A DNA stretch of 64,000 nt from a virus: the IMG/VR virus record IMGVR_UViG_3300028029_000006, positions 88,236-152,235 of that record; one strand, written 5' to 3'. The notes under the pieces were generated by a model. The model was given only the letters and a program-made list of their open reading frames with translations, was not told where the DNA came from and did no database searches. The position numbers and the translations under genes were made by a program. Shown piece after piece: positions 9,001 through 18,795 of this stretch (position 1 is its first letter; each line of letters starts with the position of its first letter).

Positions 9001-11113
9001 TCCTCAGTATAACCGAATGCCTAGTTCAGTTTTTAGGTCTTTAATTCAGAAAAGAGCACAAACAGGTGTACAAATTTTTCCTAGTTATTTGGAAAGGTTA
9101 TTTTTTACTAGTTTACAAGGTCTTTCTGATGAATTAGAAATTGTAGAAGATCAAATTAGATTAAGGACGGCGGCCTTAGGTAGAACTACTGATTTTGACT
9201 CTCAGAACATATTAACTTCAGGTGTTTCTGGTAATGGGAGTGGGGCTTTTCAATTCTTAACAGAAAGAAGTAGCGGTAAATTAAATAATGATATCCGTAG
9301 TTTATTAGATCAAGATGACCCTGATCTACAAGAACAAAGAAAATCCGGTCCATTAACAAGGTTTTCCGCCCTTATTAGAGGGCCATTGAATGCCACAGTT
9401 AATTTCAATGCTATTTCTCGTGTTAATATAGTTCAAAGTGATAAATCTTTCAATGGTAATGTTAATAACATTAATGATGAGATTGCTAAAATAGCAGCTA
9501 GATTAAAACAACGTACTAGACAGAATCAACCTTCTAATTTACAAGCTGTACTATCTAATGATAGAGTTATATCATTATCAGGAAGAAAACAGGTAGATGT
9601 TTTGAGGGTTACTAATCAGATTTCTCAATTCGTTTCTGAAAGGCAAAGAATAATAAAAAGATTGGCTAATTCTATTAAGAATCTAACCTCTGGATTAGAA
9701 GTAAATGCTACAGATTCTAGTAGTTCTCAAGAGTCATTAAGTTACCCTAACTTATTTCAGAGTAAATCAACACCAGAAATCCTTGAACACATGATTGAGG
9801 ATGAAAATATTGATGATTTTGGTGTTGGTTCAGGTGGTAGGTTTATTATTGAGGATTTTCAAATTAAATCTTTTGAAATAACAGAAAAAGCACCTCCATA
9901 TTGTTCAGTTCAAGTAGATGGAAAATTAGATGGAGGACTTGTTCCACAACCTCAAGGATTAAATGTTGGGAATGGCGGAAACGGTAATGGTACAGCTTGG
10001 GCAATTGATTATGATTTATGGAGAATGTATGGGTTTAGAGGATCTCAACAAGTTTCCGCCCCATTTTTTTCCAATCCAAATACTCAATGTGCCCCATATG
10101 CTGTATTTCTTCTTAATTTAGCTAGAAAAAATATATTTCAAGCTAGCTGTACCGTTGTTGGTAATGAATTCATACAAGCGGGTGAAGTTTATTATATTGA
10201 AGATAGAAATTTATTGTTTTACGCAGAATCAGTAAGTCATAGTTTTACCTATAATGGAAGTTTTGAAACTACATTAACTCTTAAATATGGAAGAACTCCA
10301 GGGGAATATATTCCTACTCATCTAGATATCATTGGGAAAGCTTTATATTCAAATAAGCATGAGGCTGAGTTGGTTCGCCAAGTTCGGCATGGTAGAGTAG
10401 ATGATTCTACCCATATTGGAACGCTTGTTTTTGATAATTCAGTTTCAATTGTTAATAATGCAGATGGTTTGAAGGCATTAGTTAGTGGTGAATACGCAGA
10501 AACTAATAAGCAGACTTTAAGTAATATTTTATTAATGACTAGTGGATTATTAACACCGTCTAAATCTAGTAAAGAATTAAAATTAGAAGTGCGTATTTAT
10601 AAAAACTCTGACACATCAATAAGCTTGATTTCTAATTCTAATTTAAAAAGAGTTGCCCAAGGAGTTAGAGGTTGGGTGATAGATCCTTCTTCAAAAGTTT
10701 TTGGTGAAGACACTTTAATACCAGTTAGTGAAAATCCACCATCAATTAATGGTAATAAAATTGATTTAACTGAAGTTGATCTTAATCCAGCTATTCAAAA
10801 TGAGATAAGATCTCCCTCCTCTTTAGCTTGGTCATCTGCAAGATCAATTGCTGCTAGTTCAAATATTTCTGTAGAAACACCTATTACAACTCAAGAAAAT
10901 GAGGTTGGACAAACTGGCGGTACTGTTAGTGAAGAGACTCAAACTGATGCGACTAGTAATGCATTAATAGATAGAGAAAGGAAAGCTTTAGTTAACTCTG
11001 TTATAGATATTTGGGTAACTTTTAATGATCCTGCTCAAGTATTACAATCTTCAAAACAACCAACTGAAACAAATCAAGCTGCTCAACAAGAGCAGGAACA
11101 AATAAATAAATAA
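6074..11113 (+). CDS. Very large baseplate hub protein (gp27/gpD-like)
   Basis: C-terminal hub-like motif ASCTVVGNEFIQAGEVYYI...YAESVSHSFTYNGSFETTLTLKYGR, and GLEVFADSQGHIQARPP. Lies between initiator and spike. Confidence 0.65.
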   Translation: MGFLDSLSSSLLQQSGLAENTPGNLDFKGRPFGKLGDIASKIDATAQRQYIETGAIRNIRPRASEVLMQEPDITVVIKKRIFASLSENYRTDLMDNYEKLFLRATKKLFHNKIRLISAYERLSKFDRIASKNEGIISDYALPFIFDSVDIISNSPLSGIIDNNTRAVLETIRKVKRFSDPQFFTTWNIASELPYATETGEGTGTFDLTLVSSIDTTNSVNLGGGSANITIEDPYKLMIITEQDIEQALSDSTSLFKQNNFFRFSQNQLGKTNQDLKDRLTQIRQRRGAASIFFKIQENTILFKKVRAIIDEEGREIDFSFDGGVLGVDLLTGGDSSVSIDSLAFEGDNGLQGQETNLFKQIVNNIYLLLGFAQTTQSQNREYNVKTNYIRKKMFLHYHGKPIIQPMDTVTIFASSKTMTDSKVTQGLKHNFAQNSLLNNINDTISNIESSFNNIKDTFSGGGSGTSNLEQEKNAIAGPAFPLWLYGLMRNDFTRQNSGTCVFSGICDVAPHRYEANSGKYVLSVSCNDNTSFMNMGQINVNPSVEVFNGSLYDPLTPFKSDFDEASGFDRGEFPTLLDANVRLLNSRSVRAKLGRRRGSSINESTFQLSDTENVNSGQGFESNKAFGRRSRNKFHPPDGFVYRWKEGIGSLVLYGEPHSQFDVSLGSFKAETSPNITQNQYAGQDVMNVLSLLITGQPYNYNNFVKGSVEFAKLQKNDSTNKNLSSSFFKGLITQITDQNATWGNFIPFKKLIINERAYQFLASGQVDLSVKNERLNSLLRQRAETFDELTSVASGFANSPQNYRTGAEGNVEGLADDNISALNDFVSSLKQFDEQIRQAELAFSESIDNVNLQSDEGTLGIFGDDISFDPAVTGIGNEENEEKRRQERSDLRSRLNHLTRRRIWKVRGNEDPNLFIVDDSYDKNYDVQAFEKALSTNLELFNSTYSSVFDQVKIVSKLIGLEVFADSQGHIQARPPQYNRMPSSVFRSLIQKRAQTGVQIFPSYLERLFFTSLQGLSDELEIVEDQIRLRTAALGRTTDFDSQNILTSGVSGNGSGAFQFLTERSSGKLNNDIRSLLDQDDPDLQEQRKSGPLTRFSALIRGPLNATVNFNAISRVNIVQSDKSFNGNVNNINDEIAKIAARLKQRTRQNQPSNLQAVLSNDRVISLSGRKQVDVLRVTNQISQFVSERQRIIKRLANSIKNLTSGLEVNATDSSSSQESLSYPNLFQSKSTPEILEHMIEDENIDDFGVGSGGRFIIEDFQIKSFEITEKAPPYCSVQVDGKLDGGLVPQPQGLNVGNGGNGNGTAWAIDYDLWRMYGFRGSQQVSAPFFSNPNTQCAPYAVFLLNLARKNIFQASCTVVGNEFIQAGEVYYIEDRNLLFYAESVSHSFTYNGSFETTLTLKYGRTPGEYIPTHLDIIGKALYSNKHEAELVRQVRHGRVDDSTHIGTLVFDNSVSIVNNADGLKALVSGEYAETNKQTLSNILLMTSGLLTPSKSSKELKLEVRIYKNSDTSISLISNSNLKRVAQGVRGWVIDPSSKVFGEDTLIPVSENPPSINGNKIDLTEVDLNPAIQNEIRSPSSLAWSSARSIAASSNISVETPITTQENEVGQTGGTVSEETQTDATSNALIDRERKALVNSVIDIWVTFNDPAQVLQSSKQPTETNQAAQQEQEQINK

Positions 11114-13140
11114 TGCCAGGTAAATTAGGTACACAAATTGGAATGATCCGTGAAGGAACCATTCTACGATATAATGGTGATGGTACTGTACGTGTTGCTT
11201 TGAATGAAGGTCAATTATCTGGCCCACAAAACGTATTTAATACAACTGTTCCTTCAGCTTGGTCTGGTCCTAATGGTGAATTTATGGGTGGAGGCCCAGT
11301 TGAAGGAAGCGCTGTTAATGTTAGGCAAGGTCATGGTGGGCAATGGTACATTGTCGGATATGGAACATCTAATGATGTATTTGATTTAGGATTTATTACA
11401 GCTGATGTAACTCAAATGTCTGCTTTAGTTCCTGGTAGAGCACTTATTCAAGTTAAAGATGAAATTAGGATTTTTGTAGATCCTAAAATAGGCATTCAAG
11501 CAGGAGACGATGTCTCTTTTTTACACGCTAATCCTAAAAGAGATTTATATAGTAGAAATTTTAATGAAGAATTCTCTTTTACTGGATCTGGGTTTGAATT
11601 AAAGCAAGTTATTAAAAGAGATTTAGTTGAAAATTCAAATAGGAATATTTTAGGTTCTACACTTGATTCACAAAACTATGAAAATTCACTTTTTAGGGTT
11701 GGAATTGATCCTACATTAAAAGTTACCAATAAAACTCAAGGAGATAACGTAAGAAATCCTGCTTTAATGGAAAATAGGGAACTTATAACAGAATTTGATA
11801 TTAATTTTAATTTTAGAACTGATAGAGAAGAATCAGCCGCATATGTGAACGCAGATGCTTTAGAAAATGATCCTCCAGTTGATAAAAGAAAAATGAGGTC
11901 TGATTTATTAAGTCTTTCTTTAGAACATCCAAATCATCTTATTGAGACTGTTAAAGGCACTGTTGTTGATTCTTCTGGTAATATTTTAGACATAAATCGT
12001 GTCGCAATTCCAATTGGAAGGTCTGATGGTTTATCTTTAATTAAAAACCCTAATAAATCTGAAGCTTTTGACAAAATTAGAACTAGTTTACGTAAATCTG
12101 TAGCTTATCATTTTGAAATTAACACTAGAAAGGGCGGTTCAAGTATTACTCCGCCACAAAATCCTCCAAATGTTGTTGATAATTCAGATTATGCTAGGGA
12201 TAGAAGTAAGTTTTCAGTTGATATTGATAAAGAAGGTCAATTTAAAATTAATGTACCATCATCTAGTGAAGTAGGAAATATCCCTCTATTAACTAGATAT
12301 GAAAATTACTCTAATATCTTAGCTGATGAAGATAATACAGTTGATCCTAATGCATTTGTTAGGAATGAAGAAAAAAAAGATATATTCTTAGAAGATTTTT
12401 CTGGTACAGCTAATATTACCTTAACTCCAGGAGGAGAAATAGCTGAATATGGCCAAGCAGTTGATAGATTTTCCAATGAGCCAATTAAATTAGGTACTTC
12501 TTTTCATGATATTACTAAAACTGTTAGTGAATTTCAAACAAGTGCCGGTTGGGTTGAAGTAGACCAATTATTAGTTCCATTTTGGGAAGGTCATCCATTA
12601 AATACAACTAATATTCAATTAGATCAAATTGTTTCAGAAGAGATTATTGTTTCTGGTCCAGATGCTAATGGGGGTGGACGTAGTGGGGCTATTACTTTAG
12701 ATGGGTTTATTTCATTAAATGTGGGGGCTAACACAATTGATCGTCAATCAATGTGGTTTGATTATGCCGGCTCTGTAATTGGTCGTTATGGAAGAGATAA
12801 ACAAGGAATTAGTTACGCCGCATCTATGGATGGAGATGTATTAGTTCAAATTGGTGGTCCAGGCATTGGTAATAGTTTTGATAGTCGTTTTGAAGATGAA
12901 AATGATGCTAATAGAAATGGTAAATTAGATATTCGTGTTTTGCAAGGTGCCAATAGATTGATTTTAAGAATGGATGAAACTGGAATACATATTATTTCTC
13001 CCGGACGAATCACTATGACTTCACAACAGGATATGATTTTTAAATCAAATGGTAGTATGAAGTTTGAAGCAGAAAATATTGTTATGTTCTCTGAGACTTC
13101 TAAACGAATTATTAATAGATTTCCAGAAACATCAATTTAA
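11113..13140 (+). CDS. Central baseplate spike (gp5/gpV-like)
   Basis: N-terminal OB-fold-like GTILRYNGDGTVRV...GGPVEGSAVNV. The C-terminus is a beta-helix-like run (ILRMDETGIHIISPGRITMTSQQDMIFKSNGSMKFEA). Confidence 0.6.
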   Translation: MPGKLGTQIGMIREGTILRYNGDGTVRVALNEGQLSGPQNVFNTTVPSAWSGPNGEFMGGGPVEGSAVNVRQGHGGQWYIVGYGTSNDVFDLGFITADVTQMSALVPGRALIQVKDEIRIFVDPKIGIQAGDDVSFLHANPKRDLYSRNFNEEFSFTGSGFELKQVIKRDLVENSNRNILGSTLDSQNYENSLFRVGIDPTLKVTNKTQGDNVRNPALMENRELITEFDINFNFRTDREESAAYVNADALENDPPVDKRKMRSDLLSLSLEHPNHLIETVKGTVVDSSGNILDINRVAIPIGRSDGLSLIKNPNKSEAFDKIRTSLRKSVAYHFEINTRKGGSSITPPQNPPNVVDNSDYARDRSKFSVDIDKEGQFKINVPSSSEVGNIPLLTRYENYSNILADEDNTVDPNAFVRNEEKKDIFLEDFSGTANITLTPGGEIAEYGQAVDRFSNEPIKLGTSFHDITKTVSEFQTSAGWVEVDQLLVPFWEGHPLNTTNIQLDQIVSEEIIVSGPDANGGGRSGAITLDGFISLNVGANTIDRQSMWFDYAGSVIGRYGRDKQGISYAASMDGDVLVQIGGPGIGNSFDSRFEDENDANRNGKLDIRVLQGANRLILRMDETGIHIISPGRITMTSQQDMIFKSNGSMKFEAENIVMFSETSKRIINRFPETSI

Positions 13141-13141
13141 C

Positions 13142-14002
13142 ATGTTAAAAAACTGTAATAAATGTAAGGAAGATAAAGTTTGGAGTGATTTCTACTTAAG
13201 AAAAGGTAAACCCAGATCTTATTGTAAAGAATGCACACTAAAATCTAATAAAAGTTATAATAAAGAAAATCATAAGGCTAAATGTAAAGAATATTATATT
13301 AAAAATAAAGATAAATTGTTAAATAAACAAAAAGAATATAATATCAATAATAAAGATAAAATAAATGAATATCATGATCAATATCGTAAAGATAATGCAG
13401 ATTATTTAAAAGAATATCGGGTTGATTATTATGAACAAAATAAAGAATCAATTAAAGCTAAAGTAAAAAAATATAGAAGTAATAATCTTGATAAGATAAA
13501 AGAAAATAATAAAAAGTTTTATAATGATAATAAAGAAGAAATTACTAGAAAAAATAGAGAGTATTATCAGAAAAATAAAAGCAAGATAATAAAAAAAAAT
13601 ATTGAAAGTGAAAAGAGGAGATTATTAACTGATCCTTCTTTTAAGTTAAGGAAAAGGGTATCTAAATCTATAGCTCGTTATATTAATGGTAGTAAAGATG
13701 GATCTTGCCTTAACCATCTTCCATTCTCAATAGCAGAATTGAAAAATCATTTAGAAGATAATTTTGATGAATGGATGAATTGGGATAATTATGGCCCATA
13801 TATAAAAGATAAATGGGACAATGAAGATCAAAATACTTGGAAATGGAATTTAGATCACATTATTCCTCATAGTGAGTTTAAATATTCTTCAATGAAAGAT
13901 GAGTCATTCAAAAAATGTTGGAGTTTAAATAATTTAAGACCTTTATCTGCCAAACAAAATGTATTAGATGGCACAAGACGCACAAGACACGAGATTAAAT
14001 AA
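13142..14002 (+). mobile_element. Free-standing HNH-type homing endonuclease
   Basis: Likely start ATG 13142. N-terminal CxxC...CxxC finger, (K/E)Y(Y/R)xxNK(E/D)KI coiled repeats, and C-terminal WNLDHIIP...CWSLNNLRPLSAKQN. Confidence 0.8.
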
Positions 14003-16113
14003 TGCCCTGCCAAGTTAGCGATATTTCAATAGATGTAACGGCCCCACCTGGTCCAGACATCCCAGGTTTTGGTCCACCTTTTTCGCCAATTCAAATACCA
14101 TTGCCTGATTTAGATCTTCCCACAGATTTGGTTGAAGATCTGCTTGCATTAATGCAACAGTTAGGAGCGTTATTCCCATCTGGTTTATTTAAAGCTAACT
14201 TAGATGGTTCAATGAAGGATGTGTTGGATTTTATTGCCAGTATATTGAGCCAAATTAGCCCTTTCCTAAGTTTCTATAATTTTATTATGGCTTTATTGAA
14301 CCTAATCGTATGTATTATCGAAGTTCTTTGCGCTATTCCAAATCCATTCGCGGTTGCCTCAAAACTTAAGAGGCTTTTTGCCGAATGTTTGCCAGCATTT
14401 TTGAACATTTTCCCTTGGTTAGCTTTATTAGCTATGATTTTAGCTTTAATTCTATTAATTTTAGCTTTAATTGAATATATCATCAATACTATATTGGCAA
14501 TGATTGAGCAAATCATTAGAAACATCATTATTCTTACTGAAGGTTTAACTTTACAAGATTCTGAAGCTGTTTTAGCTGCAGCAGAGAAAATTGCCTCACT
14601 TTTATGTTTGATGGAAGGTTTATTTGCAATATTAATAGCAATCGCAGCTATCATTGCGGTTATTCAGGCATTAGCCTCATTTGCTGGTCTTGCAATTTGC
14701 GATGAAGGTGATGAATCAGGTTGTTGTGCTGCAGAAATTTGCCCAGACTTCATCAGACTTAATAATGAAATTAATGCACTTGGCGGGACGCTTGTTTATT
14801 ATAATAAAATTGGTCCAGATTTATCAGCCAGTGGTTTGCCGCCATCTCTTTTAAGCTTGTTAGGTGGTAATATCACTTTACGCCAAGAAAGATGGCAATT
14901 ATATGATGAAACTGTAGATCCTGAGTTTCCAATTAATGGAATCATCATTCCAACTGTTCCTATATTTTTTGGAGGATCGATTTTTTACCCAGATCAAGAA
15001 TTTGCAGCCGATACAGCTCCATCAAGGGCGCCGTATACAGTTGATATGACAATGTTTTTTGATCCAAAGGTTTTTAATTCATCTCTTGGAGATCCTAGAA
15101 CTTTCTTTATTAAAGATTGTATTGTTATTAGAAAACCAATTAACGGATTAAGATCTTATAATAACATTATAACTTCAGGATTTGGTTCTGGTACGTTTGA
15201 TTTGGAAGGTGGCTTGGTTTTTGAAGAAGATCAAGAAACCCCTGTTCAGTTAAATGGAACTCAATTAACATTAAATGAATTTATTCATGAGCCTGATGTT
15301 ATTGCGATTGATTTACCAACATCTGATGATGGATATGTCATTTCTGATATTAATTTTGTTTGGAAACCAATTCATCCTACTTTAGCTGGCTTCAACCTTA
15401 TTACTGTAGGTTGTTTTCCAGAAGTTACAATTGAAAAAGCGGTTCAGAATAGTATCATTTTAGCCGAAGGTATTGAGCCAATTATTGATAGAGTTCCTGA
15501 TTTATCAACTTTAACAGATGATCTTTTGAGTACATTGGAATGTTCGCAAGCTGCAATTAACAAATTTAGGTCTGGAATTAATTTGGAAACTGTTGAAGTT
15601 TTTAGGACTGAAGTTATTGATTGTTTAACAGATCTTCAAGTTAAGGTTAATACTATTTTCTGTGACTCTTTTTCTGAAGCGGTATCAATCTTTAAGAGTA
15701 CTTTTTCAATTGATACTGATATACAATTCACTACACGTCCAATTACGACTACAGTAATCTTAAGAGATGCTGGAGGAACTAATATTGGCGGTAATCTGCC
15801 TGATGAATGTTTGGAAGAGTTATTAGGAGATGGGTATAATGCTAAACTTGTTGGTAGTGTTACATTTGGTGAGATAACTAGTTTTGAGTATAATAAAGCT
15901 GACTTATCATTTACTGCAGTTATTACTAGTGATGCGCCTGGCTCTGGAGAATTAACTGTATCTTATGAAGGGCAGGATTTTAATACATTGGTTGCTGGTG
16001 TAGATTTTGATAATCCTTCATCAATTGAACAGCAAATTTCAGCATATGAATTTATTGCTGATATTGATGAAGAAGCTGTACGTCGTGGTCCTGAGGATGT
16101 ATCTGGAGGCTAA
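14002..16113 (+). CDS. Virion-associated protein with long hydrophobic helical region and C-terminal invasin/Ig-like domain
   Basis: Pro-rich N-terminus, a hydrophobic Cys-containing stretch at about 14263-14700, and C-terminal TTTVILRDAGG...FTAVITSDAPGSGELTVSY. Lies within the baseplate module. Confidence 0.45.
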   Translation: MPCQVSDISIDVTAPPGPDIPGFGPPFSPIQIPLPDLDLPTDLVEDLLALMQQLGALFPSGLFKANLDGSMKDVLDFIASILSQISPFLSFYNFIMALLNLIVCIIEVLCAIPNPFAVASKLKRLFAECLPAFLNIFPWLALLAMILALILLILALIEYIINTILAMIEQIIRNIIILTEGLTLQDSEAVLAAAEKIASLLCLMEGLFAILIAIAAIIAVIQALASFAGLAICDEGDESGCCAAEICPDFIRLNNEINALGGTLVYYNKIGPDLSASGLPPSLLSLLGGNITLRQERWQLYDETVDPEFPINGIIIPTVPIFFGGSIFYPDQEFAADTAPSRAPYTVDMTMFFDPKVFNSSLGDPRTFFIKDCIVIRKPINGLRSYNNIITSGFGSGTFDLEGGLVFEEDQETPVQLNGTQLTLNEFIHEPDVIAIDLPTSDDGYVISDINFVWKPIHPTLAGFNLITVGCFPEVTIEKAVQNSIILAEGIEPIIDRVPDLSTLTDDLLSTLECSQAAINKFRSGINLETVEVFRTEVIDCLTDLQVKVNTIFCDSFSEAVSIFKSTFSIDTDIQFTTRPITTTVILRDAGGTNIGGNLPDECLEELLGDGYNAKLVGSVTFGEITSFEYNKADLSFTAVITSDAPGSGELTVSYEGQDFNTLVAGVDFDNPSSIEQQISAYEFIADIDEEAVRRGPEDVSGG

Positions 16114-16114
16114 T

Positions 16115-17848
16115 ATGGTATTACCTAAAAGAAGGTTTGAGACTGGTGATGATGATATTCAGACAATTGACCAGAATATTGAAAGCTTGAAATCTAAATT
16201 TTTAACTCCAGTTGATAATATCAGGAGTTATTCAAGACCGGGCCCAGTTTTTTCTGGGAAGGTTAATGAAGCTTTTAATGGTTTAGAAACTTCAACTAGA
16301 CCATTGGAAAGTCGTGCTCATGCTTTTATGAGATTTATTGGTTTTCCAGTCGCTATTGAGGGTGATTTTTATAATCCAGGTTTTGATCCTTCGGGAACTC
16401 AGTTTTTAGGAGATTTGAAAGGTGTAGCTAAGAAAAAACAAGATATTAATGATAAATTTAATAAAGCTCCATTTAAAAATGTTGTAAAAAATAGAGAAGA
16501 TGATGCCGAGATTAATAGAGAAATATTTGCTCGTCAAGATTTAAACTCTTCTTTGTATTCTATTTTATTATCTACTAATATTAGACCTTTTCAAACCATA
16601 TCAGATAAAGGTCCGTTTGAAGTAGATGAGCAAAATTTTTCAGTTGCTTTTAGGCAACTTACAGCTGGTGTTTTTTTTAACAAAAACATAAATTTATCTT
16701 CAAGTGACACTTCTAATTTAATAGAAGTGGCAGGAATTAATTATACAGAAAGTAGGCATATTTTAAAACCTTTTGTAGTTGATCCAAGAATTGATATCAC
16801 AGTTATGCCTGACACTAGTCGTATTGCTGTTCCATTTTTACCTGATGAACAAAGTTTGAGGATAGAACAAAATAAATCTGTTTTGAGACCTGGTTTGGAA
16901 TTAATCATACGAGAACGGTTAAGAAAATCATCAACAGAAGACTCGGCTTATCTTGATACTTTAAAGAAAATTGCCAATAATGAAATTGGCCCCAGTGATT
17001 TAGAATCATCTTCTATTGATACTAGAAGCCTTCGTAGTACAGCGGAAGCTGTTTTAGATGATAATGAGGTTAATAGTTCTTCAATTTTGGAGCTTCAAGG
17101 TATAACAACGGTACAGGTTAAATATTTAACTGATTTAGTTAAATTATTAAAAGGTTTAGTTTCTGTATTAAAAAATTCAGTGGAGGCTATTAGTAAAATA
17201 CAAAATCAAATTAATTGGGTTCCAATTCCAGATCCAGAAGGTCCTGAATTAGGTAATGTTAGAAAGCAAGCTAAATTAGCTACAGAAGGGACTTCTAATA
17301 CTTTATCTGTAATTGATAAAAGAATTAATAGTTTAAGAATTCAGAAGTTTGCCAATGATAGGCAAGTTACTAGTAACACTCAAGATATCGGGAATTTCGC
17401 ATCTCCTTGGGCACAAAATACTAACGTTAAAGATGTTGAGAGTATTAGCTCTGAATTATCTTCATTAATTAAGAAAAGAAATAAACTTAGTAATATTGGT
17501 TTTGAGGCAATGAGTAGAATTGAATTAATTGTTGGAGAAGCTAGTGGTTTAGGTTTAATTGATGTTATTTCTATATATATTTCTTTGTGGGCTATGGATG
17601 AAAAAGCTTTAATTAGTTTATTAGATAATGTTTCATTTGACAGATTGGTTAATAATTTTGGTGATTTAATTGATGGTGGGGCTGCAGCTGATCGTAGAGA
17701 TAATGGAACTAAAGATGATATTACTACAGCACTGCAAAATTTTGAAGATAAATTAAGGAATGTGTTTGCTTTTGTTGAAAAAGAGTTTGCTCGTCAATCA
17801 TTAGCTCCAGGGGAAGAGGAAGGTGGTTTAATCTCTTCAGATAGCTAA
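16115..17848 (+). CDS. Hypothetical protein in the baseplate module
   Basis: Likely start ATG 16115, one base after the upstream stop. No family recognised. Confidence 0.55.
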   Translation: MVLPKRRFETGDDDIQTIDQNIESLKSKFLTPVDNIRSYSRPGPVFSGKVNEAFNGLETSTRPLESRAHAFMRFIGFPVAIEGDFYNPGFDPSGTQFLGDLKGVAKKKQDINDKFNKAPFKNVVKNREDDAEINREIFARQDLNSSLYSILLSTNIRPFQTISDKGPFEVDEQNFSVAFRQLTAGVFFNKNINLSSSDTSNLIEVAGINYTESRHILKPFVVDPRIDITVMPDTSRIAVPFLPDEQSLRIEQNKSVLRPGLELIIRERLRKSSTEDSAYLDTLKKIANNEIGPSDLESSSIDTRSLRSTAEAVLDDNEVNSSSILELQGITTVQVKYLTDLVKLLKGLVSVLKNSVEAISKIQNQINWVPIPDPEGPELGNVRKQAKLATEGTSNTLSVIDKRINSLRIQKFANDRQVTSNTQDIGNFASPWAQNTNVKDVESISSELSSLIKKRNKLSNIGFEAMSRIELIVGEASGLGLIDVISIYISLWAMDEKALISLLDNVSFDRLVNNFGDLIDGGAAADRRDNGTKDDITTALQNFEDKLRNVFAFVEKEFARQSLAPGEEEGGLISSDS

Positions 17849-17873
17849 TAAAATATTATTAAATTAACTAACT

Positions 17874-18308
17874 ATGTCATTTGATTTGAAAATTGTAAAA
17901 GGAGATATTGCTATTGGAAACAATGGTGATCTTCAAAAAATTGAAGATACAGAAAAGTTAGCACAAGATATACTAAAAATGTTAATTACTCGATTGGGTA
18001 GTAATATATTTTATCCCTGGTATGGATCTTTAGTTTCTCAATCATTAGTTGGGCAAGCTTTTGATTTTGAGTTTTCTAATACTATAGCTTCTTCTCAAAT
18101 ACAAAATGCGTTAGAATCTCTTCAAAGATTACAGCAACGTCAAGCTGCAGAGCAAAGGGTTACTCCTTTTGAGCAAATAGCTGCTGTTAGAAGAATTATT
18201 GTTAGTAGAAATAGGACAGACCCAAGAAATTTTTCAGTTCAAGTTGAAGTTGCGACAAGAGCATTATCAGTAGTATCTGTTGCTTTTGATATCACTCCAA
18301 CTTTATAA
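17874..18308 (+). CDS. Baseplate wedge / sheath initiator (gp25-like)
   Basis: MSFDLKIVKGDIAIGNNGDL...KLAQDILKMLITRLGSNIFYPWYGS, typical of gp25/XkdS-like proteins. Confidence 0.8.
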   Translation: MSFDLKIVKGDIAIGNNGDLQKIEDTEKLAQDILKMLITRLGSNIFYPWYGSLVSQSLVGQAFDFEFSNTIASSQIQNALESLQRLQQRQAAEQRVTPFEQIAAVRRIIVSRNRTDPRNFSVQVEVATRALSVVSVAFDITPTL

Positions 18309-18375
18309 TAATTAGCAATTTTCCAGCATAAGATTGGATTAACATATTCTTAACTGGTAAGATATAGGTAAAAGT

Positions 18376-18774
18376 ATGAGAATTAAAATAGAACACTTAC
18401 GTGATAAAGATAAAGATAAAGATAAAGATAACGATGGTAATAGCGATTATATACCAACAAGAAAAACTATAATTCGTGATGCCGAAAGTGGTGAGAAGAT
18501 TGGTGGTATTCAAAAAATCAATATTGTTTTTGACGCACATGAGTTTGTACCTAAGGCTACTTTAGAATTTTTTAACTTTGAATTAAATTTAGATGATGTT
18601 GAAGCAAATCTTGAATGTTCAGAATTTTCGATTTTTTCTCCTTATTTTCTTCGTATTTCAGAAATGGGTAAAGATCAATTAGTAGAATCTTTAAGGAGTG
18701 AAGCCGAAATTCGATTTAAACAAAATATCAAAATTAGAGTTTTAGAAAAGAGAATAAAAGAGTTAGAAAAATAA
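18376..18774 (+). CDS. Small hypothetical protein with an Asp-Lys repeat
   Basis: Intact ORF with its own AT-rich upstream spacer, lying between gp25-like and baseplate J. Confidence 0.55.
   Translation: MRIKIEHLRDKDKDKDKDNDGNSDYIPTRKTIIRDAESGEKIGGIQKINIVFDAHEFVPKATLEFFNFELNLDDVEANLECSEFSIFSPYFLRISEMGKDQLVESLRSEAEIRFKQNIKIRVLEKRIKELEK
18403..18432 (+). repeat. (GATAAA)4 GATAAC microsatellite encoding DKDKDKDKDN
   Basis: Read directly from the sequence. Confidence 0.9.
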
Positions 18775-18795
18775 AAATAAATTTTAGAAGGGTAT

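Noticed and set aside
1156-18330. Shared late-promoter motif ending in GCATA (about 1166 and about 18327), or T4-type TATAAATA
   Set aside because: Only two weakly similar instances, and no exact TATAAATA upstream of the structural genes examined; insufficient in AT-rich DNA.
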